NCBI RefSeq assembly: GCF_964204865.1
Contig: NC_135260.1
Coordinates: forward strand, 8,184,001 to 8,248,000
Direction: 5' to 3'
Origin: Styela clava
Taxonomy: Eukaryota
Length of the DNA: 64,000 nt
Program-made: the position numbers and the translations under genes
Shown here: piece by piece, positions 28,413-39,314 of the stretch
Layout of the letters: each line of letters begins with the position of its first letter
Position numbering within the stretch: position 1 is the stretch's first letter
The notes under the pieces: model-generated
Told to the model about the DNA's origin: nothing
The model's database searches: none
The model's input: only the letters and a program-made list of their open reading frames with translations

Positions 28413-31400
28413 ATGCCTGATGAAGTTTTAAGCCAGCATCGAGATGAAAATATAGCTGACGATGGAAATACGTGTAACGATCCACGGGCTGTTAACAACG
28501 ATTTACCGTATATAAATTTCGGTATGTATACATGGACTGTTTTTTTGTGTTGAATATTGATCTTTATTCAAAGCAAGGACCCAAATAACAATTTCGACAG
28601 TAGCCTATATAAAACTAGCTCAGTAATAGAGTTACCACACGCCAGCCAAGTCGCAATCTTTGTACTATTGAGCCGCGTAAGAAATCGTTGCGACTGTGAT
28701 ATCGCTGTGTCCTTCTTCCTCATATAAATATTTAGGTAGTAGCTACTCACTTTCAACACAGATCAATGCCAGTTCAATGAATATCCATCTCAGACCAGTG
28801 ACTATCACTATCATATACCAAAACATTGCCGTTTCCGGCCATACAAGATATTTTACGTGTCATCGTCCTTTGAGCTGTTACCGGTATCCTGTTAGTGTGG
28901 CACGTCAGGTACAAAAATCGGTTGCCGAGGTGGTGGACTCAATTCTATTTTGTATTGTGAAGTACTTTACGGTTATGCAGACCTACTTAGTGTTGTTCTG
29001 AACCATATGTTGACTATCTCGATTAGAATCTGACAAAAGCTGGTACTCTAGAAGTGTTCATTTACTATATACAGAATATTATATTCTATAAACGACCAGA
29101 CTAGATTCAGTGTCAATTTAGTTTTATATATTTAACGCAGGAAATCCAGACAGAGAAGATGATCGCCTTGCAACTTTCAGAGACTTTCCACAACATCGTG
29201 ATTCTGCTTTACCACGCGATCTTGCCAACGCCGGATTCTTTTTTACGGGAGTGGGAGATGTTGTGAAATGCTTCAGGTAACGACAATACAAATTTACTGT
29301 TCTGTATATACCGGTATATCAACAAAATAAAAAACAGGTATATGACAAATAGCTGTTACGGACATTTTATGCGTGCTGTGCCTGTTCTATTGTCGTCACC
29401 TCGAAGCTCTACATAAGCCTCCTAAAGTAAGCTGTTTGTCGTTATCAGGCTGGCAATCTGAACATCATCAGAGAACAGTCGGTTGATCAATGTCAGGTCG
29501 TTAGTCATTAAAAAGAACATATTTAGCTTCACCTTCAAAACTCCTCGGATTTTCCCCTGAATTGTTGTTTGTTCTAACTGAATGTTAATACTGCCAGTTG
29601 GTCTATTTCAAATTGTACCATATATATAAGCAAAATGTTGCTTACAATATACCGCCATTAAAGTTATGGTTTTCGCTTCCCTTAGCGTTTGAGCGGCAGA
29701 AGATATTGCTTCACTGATCAAATCTCAATACGATGAATTAGAATACAATATTGCATGACAGTTAAACTAAATCTAAACAAACAGGATTAATTAAATTCTT
29801 TTCTCGTGTACGCGCACAATATGTAGTCACAATCTATAAGTGACGTTTTCCTGGCAATGATAAGTATGATTGATTTTGTTGTGAAAATATTTTTATTTGT
29901 TTATCTATTTGAATCATTGCGCGGGAAAATGCCGTCCTGTTGATTTATTTTAGTCGCTGATATTTATCACGAAATGTTAACATAAATCTTCGTGTGTCTG
30001 TACCTAATGAGTTGTTGTGATGGTACCATTAATTACAGACAATCCATTTGTCATTGTAAGTGACTCTGTGAAACGAGTAATAATGAAACGTCGCGTCGAA
30101 CGATTTACGTTGCGATTCCTTGGTGTACATCCCTCCGTACGCTGTGATGCAATCTGGGGTCGGTTAATCACTTGCTTAATCCGCAATGAACATCTATACC
30201 TCGATTATTGCTTCATTATTTTATCGTTATTATATTTTCATATAATAATTACGTGAAAACAAAACTAAAAACTATTACTGTAGTGATTGACTTATTATTT
30301 CATTACATTTTACCGGTACTGAAGTGGGACCCGTTTAGATGTTTCTCAACTACATCAATTAGAGTCAGTTGCAGTTGAAAATCAAGTATGATTTGCCATG
30401 TGTGATAGATAAAACGTAACTCTCTACCAATTGCAGGATGATTGTACGCTGAAGGACTAATAGTATTTCTTGGTAGGATCAATTGCTTGATCTTGTGCTG
30501 GGCTATTAAAGTGGTAACCTACTTTTCCTATCGTCAGTTCACTCTTTTGTTTGTGCACTTCGACGACGGAGATATGCACCGACTTTGAGAATAGAATCCC
30601 ACAACATGAGAGATACCGATGAATTGAATTTTCAGCGAAGTCAACTACAGCGGAACTCAGTTGTTTTAGTAAATTACGAATGTTCTAAAAAGAGCCTTAA
30701 AGGTGTTGTTAAAGTTGCCAACTTCGTGTATGAAAAACGAGTTTTTGCGAGAGTAACTTTTGATAGTTGGGAAACATGGACTGATGTCGATGGTACCTGG
30801 AGCAAACCTGGGGATCCAGAATGGAAAACTGACATCTTTGCATTCAGGCTGTTTTTGCCAAAGTTATTTAACGCAAAGAAAACCGAGTTTGCCGTTTGCT
30901 GCAGTCAATGTGGAATAGACTACTGGGACAACAACGATATGGCTAACTACGTCACTCTTATCCCGAGATATTTGATCAATAATCTTGTGTATATTCCCAA
31001 GTTGAGAAGACAAAAAATTAGTTACACCACATTGACAAAGAAGAGAAAAAAAAAGTTGGATGGAAGTAGAGAAACAAAAAATCCACGAATAAAATTTGCC
31101 AATTACGTGAAGTCATTGAAAAAGTAGAAAATTGGCTCACGCGCGTTTATGTGGATAATTTATTTTTATGATTGAATTTATTCCATTGTATCATATGTCT
31201 CTCATGATATTGGTATTTGATGCAGCTTATAAACTTGTTGTATTCGGCAATATATCCGATTGATATATTTTCTCGCTCGTGTTTGTGTCTTCTACTTAAC
31301 GCCTTTTTTCTATAATTTTCTGTAAATATGAAATAAATATTCTTGCAGGTATTTTAAATCTTATCATGGATAAAATCAAGTACAGGTTGAATTGGAATTG

Positions 31401-34400
31401 TTACAGAGCTCATGTAGATCGCAACATTACGTCGTATGTTTTTCAACATTTTATAGTTTGACAATATTCCGTTATGTACCACCTATGGACGAACATAGGC
31501 TACGTTATAAACAAACACTTACACCAGAGGACGGCAACCTGTTGTCGCTTGCGGGCCAAAAATAAAGGTTGCAAGTCATTTGCGGGCGCACATATTTTTA
31601 ACAAAGTTGAAAATCGAATGGATGACCGATGAATCACATTTTATCACACAGATCAGAAGTTAAATTTTAAGCAGCGCGCGAAGACTGACCATTTGAATAT
31701 TTTTTGCGCCATTAAACCATTTGCACTTAGCATCAACTTTTCTGCGTTTTGTTGCTATTTGTCTAAATTATAATTAAATTATAGGCTCATTAAACGAGTA
31801 ATTGTGAATTATATACTTATTACGTTATAATATAATTTAGTCACGTAAAACACGTAATTTCGTTTGCGTAAAGACTATATTCGACAAAACAGCTATAATT
31901 TGTTACATAATTCAGTGAAGCGTCGCGGGCCGGATTATTTTGCTCCGCGGGCCGTAGGTTGCCGACACCTGACTTACATCATTGAGATAACTAAAGTTTC
32001 ACCTTCCTCTATGCCTCAAGTTGATCAAGAAAAATTCTTTTTTTTTTTTAATTGGAAAGCTCTCTTGAAATGACCGTTGATTAGATATCCCTCTCGGACC
32101 CCACTCAGACCATCAGTTACCCAAGTCGCTTCTGGTTTAATCTATACTGAGTCTACCTCGGCCTCGTTCGGAACGAAGTAAGTAGTAAAGTCTTTCTGAA
32201 AAACCTTATCAATTCACTTTCTTATGCAGCTGTGGGAATTGCGTAGAGCGTATGACAAGACGTGAAGATCCACGAGATAGAAGATTCCATCGAGATGATT
32301 GTTTACATCGTAATGATCTCGATGAGAGAAACGTACCTGCAACTTGTAAGTTCCTATTTCACGAATTTGCTGAAACGAGAGAAAATCGCTGTGTTCTTTA
32401 AATCACCTCTAATGTACACTAATTGGCAGTACACATTTCGCGTAGTTGCTCCAAAAATCGAACATGGCAGCCATATAAACTTATACAGAAAAGGCAATTC
32501 AATTAGCGATTGTTTTCATATATCCACCCGTACTCTATCTAATGTCGCTGATCATTCTTTCGCATCGATTAAAACTGATACTATATGATATAGCTATAAT
32601 GATTCTTAATTGGCGACTCATTATGGGAAACGATATGTATCATATCATTGAAACTTTTTTGATTTTTTTTTTCTTGCTTGCTGTGATAATATGCGAATTC
32701 GACGTTTTTTTTATTGGCGAATTGGTAGGTGTTAGTATTTCGTAGAAATGGTTTACTTTAACTAACTTTTTCTACAGATCCACCTACCGCGTTACCATTG
32801 CATAATTTTTTGAGAAACGGAGGTCTGAGTTCTTCGGCAAACACAATTCAACCTACTAGAGAGAGAAACGAAATATCTGAACCAATGCAGCAGGACGAAG
32901 AAATATTTGTTATTCCTCAACAACCTTCGCAGCCGAGCTGTGACGTCGAACCACAAGATCAAGCTGCGGAAGAGCAGGTATTGTAACTTTATTTATCAAG
33001 ACTTAAATATGCCCGCCTTCAAAGGTAGGTAGACGATGGTTGAAATTGAAACAACCGCAACATTTCCGTGGCCGAGCTTCTGTCAAGTTTTTTATATGTT
33101 TGTAATAGGAAGTACATGTCCGGCTCAGAATCCACTGATGTCACATGCTCACACCACAACGTACCATGCGTGAAATCTTGTCGACGACAGTCGTATTCCT
33201 CTGTAGATATCAATTGTATTTTCTAATAATATTCCATCGTGAAAAGTCTATGACAATCGAAACTTCTACATACCTGGCTCATAGGAAACTTGACGTGAAA
33301 TCGTTACAACAATGTGTGTGAAAATATCTAAATATTCAGGAAATTTTTCTATATTCCCCTACTGGTCTTTATAGGGTATTTATCGTATAGTACAAAGGTT
33401 GGAGAATTCAGAATGAAGTTTATACCAAGCAGACTATAAGCCAATAACTCAATAAGATTTCAATTATGAATAATCGGAAATGTCTCTCAATGAAATCGAC
33501 ACCACAAAGAATAAACTGCTGATTCAGTAGATGTGGTCAATAGATCTATGCCGCTGTACTATTAATATTGCATGAGCATTACATGGGCCCCGAAATAGTA
33601 TTTTTTTAGGTTCCGAATGCAAACGCTGAAATAATTCAGGCTTATCATCTTTGGTAGCATCGATAGCCGATTTGATAAATCGAATTTAGAATTTCTTGAA
33701 TTTTGTTCTCTTTGTTTTATTCTTTTTTATATTAATACTATTCGGTTTTATTTATGAGCATCATATTAATGGGATTTAAATTGACTGCCATTTCAGCCCG
33801 CAGATCCAGAACCTCAAGGCGCAGCAGTGGGAGCTTCTAGCAGTGCACCCGAAGAGGAGATATTTCCCGCTTTTGAGTGTTCGGATCCATTTCATGCTCA
33901 CATGGCTGATCCACGAGAGAGACTTCGAACATTTCAAGGAAATTGGCAAGCAAATATAGGCGCGACTCCGCAGAATATTGCGGACGCTGGTTTCTATTAT
34001 ACAAGTAGGTTATGATATACGTTGCTCCGGAAGTACTTATATAAAATTCACTGTGACACATCCATGTTTCTAACGGTTCTTACGAAAAATTTATTGTATC
34101 CTTATTCATTATATTTTGAGAGATATTTTATGTAAAATTTTACCGAATAAAATGTCGTAAATTTTCAGCCTAAATTGCAATGTTTCTGCAAAATAAATAT
34201 ATTAGTATGTATCGAAATCAAATCAGAGGGCAAAGTGGTATTTATTATATCGGACCTATTTATATAGATGTCCCTTAGTATAATTCTTTTTTTATTCATT
34301 TACCATGTATATCCAATATAATATTTCATGAGTCAGTATATAGGTACAACTTAGGTTGTTGTTAAGCCTATTTTAAACCTGGCACTCTATGATTTGATGG

Positions 34401-37400
34401 TTCTGCAGTACGGAAGATGAAACGTTGAATTTGTGTGGGCAGCTTATGATGATAACCACATGGACTGTCACAAAATTGCGCCAATATAACATACATTTGA
34501 AAACTATTAAACATAGTCAAATCATCAGGAAGAGTTTGCGTCATTGAAATTTTATTTTCTATCCATGATAATAAGTACTTTAACCCAAAGTTATATTCCT
34601 ATAAAGCGACATAAATTTCATTATGGTCATAAGCAAAGCTATCCAGTTTGTATGTATCTCCGTCACTTCACTTCTAAATTATACGTGGTTTAATATGGCA
34701 ACTAAATCATTATTGTGATTGGAAATTCGCCAGCACAATATGTTCTATTTCCCTTTAGAAAGATGTCTTTTCAACTAATATCTAATTCTAATATGTTTAC
34801 GTATAGATGAGAGGGACCGTGTGACATGTTGGTACTGCAATGGTGGGCTTGAAAATTGGGAACGTGATGACGATCCTTGGATAGAGCATGCAAAATGGTT
34901 TCCACAGTAAGTGACATTTTCCATAAGTTTTATGAAAATCGCCATTGCGTTTGCCTAGCCCTAGGGCCTAAGGAGAAATGCAAATATGAAATTGAAACTA
35001 AGCAATTACCGACATCGTGTACTGGCCCTGAACCAATCAAATTTACATGATGGTGCAATTTTTCTCAGAGAGGCTGGGGGAAATTTGAAGAAGGAAATGA
35101 AAGTCATGATCTTTTGAAGCTCATGGCGAATGCATCGTTATCTACCTAAAATTTGAAGCGGCTGTTGTTAGTTGATAAACCAATGACGTGCAATTCCACA
35201 TTACCATACCTAAAGATACTAAACATTCTGTTGTTGAGTTGCACCTTGAAACGTTTTGAGAGGCATATTTAGAGATGCTGATGATATAACAATACTATTA
35301 TTTATTCCCACGAGCGAGTTGCACTGAATGGTATTAATTATTACTGTCATAATGCTCTGAAACGTGATTTGAAACTTCACAAATTGCCGTGACATCATTC
35401 ACCATTTTCATATACGTAAACTTGTATTAAATTTAGACGTTGGAATCAGTCGAAGACTGTAATTAAGCGTTTCTTTTACTTATACAGTTGCGAATTTCTC
35501 TTACGTCACAAAGGTCCAGACTTCGTGGGTGCAATTGCTGAGCAATTTCCTGATCTTCCGAGACCGAATAACGATCCTGCTCACCAGCCGACTGTCGCGG
35601 TCAATCCGTTACCTGAACCCCCACCACCTCCACCCGAAAACAACCCCCTTGCGCCTCCTCGGCCTCGACCACCTGCCGATGTTGGCCCTCGACGTGTTCC
35701 AGGTCCTCGACGTAACCAAATAAATTCAACGTTTATCAATATCGTAAATGGGCAGATAATGGGAGGAATGCCGCCTAATGTTGTATACAACAATAACCCA
35801 GAAGGTGGATTTACTATAAATATACACAGACATGGAGCTGGAGGAGCTACAAGAACGTAAGTTAGTTTTGAACAAAGAAAATTATCTCTTTAAACATGCT
35901 CGAATATTGCCGCGTACTTTGTTGTTCTTCCGAGCACAGGATTCTAGAAAAGCTTTGAGGTGGCCGACGTTTCCAAATGCTGGGAATAATATAATACCCA
36001 TAGAAAAAATATGGCATTAGCCGCCGAATTTGAAGTCTTCTAGTTGCTTTACAGAAACATGCAATTTATAATATTATTGGAAATGACATATTTGGTTGAT
36101 TATAGGTAGAAATGGGGTAACAGATATTGACTAAAAATTGTTTCAGCCTACATCCAAGCCCCTAAAACGACTGATGTAATTCCGACTATTTTTTGGTTTA
36201 TTATTATTTTTTTTCTATTAAATTTTTCATGTGACATGTCAGATTTCACTCGCTTGTACCAAGCGGACATGGATCGTTTTGTTCTTGTTAAAAATAGCCC
36301 TTCTCGGCTACTGATGGATCAATCGAATGTAAATTTCCTAAAAATGAATACAGTATCTTAATAGCTTATACATTCTTTGCAAATTTTCTCGTAGTCATAA
36401 TTTATGATGCCGATTATTCAGTCATTCAAAGCCCATTTTTATTTATTTGACCCTCATGTCCATATATTTATTTATCGCCCCCTTTTCCCTTTTATAGAGT
36501 CGTTCGAGGAACGAATAATGTCAGAATAGTGCAAACAGGGGGAGGTGGAAGACGACTTGGACGACGGCAGCAACAGCGGCAAGCGCCGGAATTCGTCGAT
36601 CCAGGCCAAGATGCTGAACGACATCAACAAACTGTTGATAATGCAATGACCAATTCACCTCTTGTAACTAGCGCTCGAAATATGGGTTTTACGGACGATG
36701 TAATCCGTGTGGTTTTGTTAAGGTAAGTTATGTACACACTCGGTTTCCTCGCATGAGGAATCATGAGCATCCAAATATCTTTATCATGAAAATAAGTCGC
36801 ATTGGGTAATTTTGAGTATTTAGTTGTCGTGGGTATTCAATTGCGACGTTTCCGTTACGCTTATTGTACAGTACAGTACACTAGGTAGTAGTAGTACAGT
36901 TCAAGGACAATGTATTTCGAGTATGTTTTGGTTTATAATGACGAGTTTCACTTATTAATAATGAGGATATCCGTCTAAATTTCGTTGTATAATCGGTTAA
37001 TATTGGCAAAATGATCCCACTAATAACCCCCACTTTGCAGCAAGTGTCGAGCTGGAGGCGGAATATACGACAATATTGAAGATTTTGTGGAAGCTTTGAC
37101 AGAATACCAGACAGAAGCTGCAAGACTGGATGAAAATCCGGCTCCTCCAGTTGACCCACCACCAGAGGGTGCAGCGGGAACTTCACAGTCTGGAGAAGGG
37201 GAAGGTGCATCTTCAAGTTCTGAATCCCAGCTTCAACAATTAGAAGAAAGTCGAAATTGCAAGTTATGTCATCGTGAAAAAGCGACTATTGTACTTATGC
37301 CATGTGCCCACTTGGCTGCGTGTGCAACCTGTGCTGAACGGAACATCAGAGTGTGCCCTGTGTGTAGGCAGATGGTGACGGAAACCATACGCTCTTTTAT

Positions 37401-37407
37401 ATCTTAA
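28413..37407 (+). CDS. Inhibitor of apoptosis protein (IAP/BIRC family) copy B: BIR1 (non-canonical)-BIR2-Pro/Gly-rich-UBA-like-RING, 9 exons
   Basis: Exons 28413-28521, 29141-29276, 32230-32345, 32778-32977, 33797-34004, 34807-34906, 35488-35856, 36498-36722, 37041-37407, all phases compatible. [25 protein letters not shown]; [43 protein letters not shown]; ARNMGF; RING CKLC..PCAH..CATC..CPVCR..RSFIS*. Confidence 0.92.
30585..31127 (+). CDS. CBM21 (glycogen-binding) domain protein, PPP1R3-like, nested in intron 2 of IAP copy B; first in-frame ATG at 30606
   Basis: CBM21 signatures [46 protein letters not shown]; uninterrupted ORF; AATAAA downstream at ~31332. Confidence 0.85.
   Translation: MRIESHNMRDTDELNFQRSQLQRNSVVLVNYECSKKSLKGVVKVANFVYEKRVFARVTFDSWETWTDVDGTWSKPGDPEWKTDIFAFRLFLPKLFNAKKTEFAVCCSQCGIDYWDNNDMANYVTLIPRYLINNLVYIPKLRRQKISYTTLTKKRKKKLDGSRETKNPRIKFANYVKSLKK
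31525..31971. mobile_element. hAT-family MITE in IAP copy B intron 2
   Basis: TIRs cagaggacggcaacct / aggttgccgacacctg; gcgggcc subterminal repeats; TSD acttacac / acttacat (7 of 8 match). Confidence 0.88.
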
Positions 37408-38001
37408 AACGCTCGAAGGAAAAGTAAAGTCAACTGAAAAAATATTGATCTGAAGCTGGTGCTTTTGTGGAATAGTTTGATCTGTAGTCGCTGACCGCTT
37501 CCTTTTTGAGAAAACCACTTTTTCTTTTGGGCAAGAGTTTAGGTGTAAGTCTATAAATATTTTGGTAATTTTTGTTAAATAGCATGTACCAGGCAACTGC
37601 ACAATGTGATATTTTCATTCATAATTTCATTTGTTAATATATAGTTTATGTGAACCGTACATAAATATCGTCAATGCTTAATAAAAATCCTTATTGTAAA
37701 TCTGTCCATGGTATTACATACGGCCACAATAATTTTGCCCTGCCTTACACGAACCTATGAACAAGTACTAAATGGTGCTTATAGCGCCTATCCATATGTC
37801 GTCGACCACCGCGAGGACTTTTATATAAAAGGCTAATGGGGCTTCTAGATCAAATTATATTTCTCCACGGCCTGAACTAGTTAACACCAAGTGCGATTCA
37901 GAATGTTGCAGAAGTTTGACGGAAGACTCATTTTTGGCGCATGTTTCGATGTTCGGTAAACGACGTAAGTACTTTTATTTGGCGTGGTACAACCATTTTT
38001 G

Positions 38002-38320
38002 CATGTGTTATTCCTAACCCCAACCTTGCTCTGTCACTCGAAGATTACGTCACTACAACCTCACAATCACGTCAAAGAGCTTGCCAGAGTATAACTACAA
38101 TCGTCCGAAATGGCATCTTCGGCAGCGATATCGAACTCACTTATTAACGCCAGGTATCGGGATCGTTACGACGAGAGAAATAGCTTGCTCGATTTCGTGT
38201 GATCGCATGCGCGTCTTGGATGACAGTTGGTATAGTTTGGAGGACCTTAAGGTTACTGTGGCGTCGTAGTGACGTAATTTTCGAATGACGTAGTCAGATG
38301 GGAGTTAAGAATATCATATG
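38002..38320. mobile_element. Foldback/MITE-like element with ~64-bp imperfect terminal inverted repeats (second copy 44230-44548)
   Basis: catgtgttattcctaacccc..cgaagattacgtcactacaacctcaca (38002-38065) is an imperfect reverse complement of tgtggcgtcgtagtgacgtaattttcga..gagttaagaatatcatatg (38257-38320). Confidence 0.6.
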
Positions 38321-39314
38321 TAATATTGTATTTTTTTTTTGGCCCCATTTTTTTTATTAATGATAGAAATGCAGCGGTAGAACTCATGCCATAGTACTAG
38401 ACTAGCTGTAGCTTTGAGGTGGATGCCAGGTAATAGCGTAGTAGACGTCATGTCATATGACGTCGCCATTCTGAGCCCAAACAATGTAAATAGACTTCTC
38501 GACGAGGACTTTCACAAATATATCGCAACATACCCTCTCAAGCCTTGGGCGTTAGATATATACCAATTACTTACAGTGCGCATGTCGCGAAATAGCTATA
38601 GGTTGACCATGCCTTGTTTGGAAGATAAACAGCTAACAAATTGTTGCACAAACAGCCGTCAGGCTGTTGCAAGAACTAAGCGCTGGTTGTTGTGGTCATA
38701 TCGAGTATCCGTTTTAGACGCCGCAGTACTACATGCCTAATATGGCAAACTATACCTATACGTCATGCGACGCAGCATTTTTGAGCGGCAGACAAGCAGC
38801 ATATAAACAAGCTGTTGTTATGGCAGCGCACTATGCTATTCGAGCACGTCGGTGATAGTCGCTACTGCAAAAATTTTGCCTCGACGATTCAGCATATCCT
38901 TGTAAGATTGGGATTAATGAGTAGAACGCCACAAACCGGCAAATATTGTCTGTTTATTTACTTTGGTGCTACTACGAGATACGTGTAGTACTAGTCACCT
39001 ACATATAGGCACGTATATATATGAATTAGCTTAGTATTGAGAAAATGATTATTTCTGCCGAGTTTTGTAGTACTTTCTGACGTGTTGTGATATATACTAC
39101 GTCGTCCACGAAGGAATTGAGCTGCTGCGTTTTGTGTAGTTATTATACAAAACAAATATACATTGGAAGAACAAATTGCAAATTAATTAAGATTAGATCA
39201 AATAAGTCATGTCCTCCCACACTAATTTGTATTTATTTTTTACTTTATGTCGTATCAGTGCGTTACAATAAGAAACGTTTTAGTTAAAATCGATAAAACG
39301 CAGAAACAGCCCAA

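Noticed and set aside
37941-38740. Short ORFs conserved between 37941-38740 and 44061-45021
   Set aside because: Their similarity is explained by the recent duplication; they overlap a foldback element and show no domain signature.
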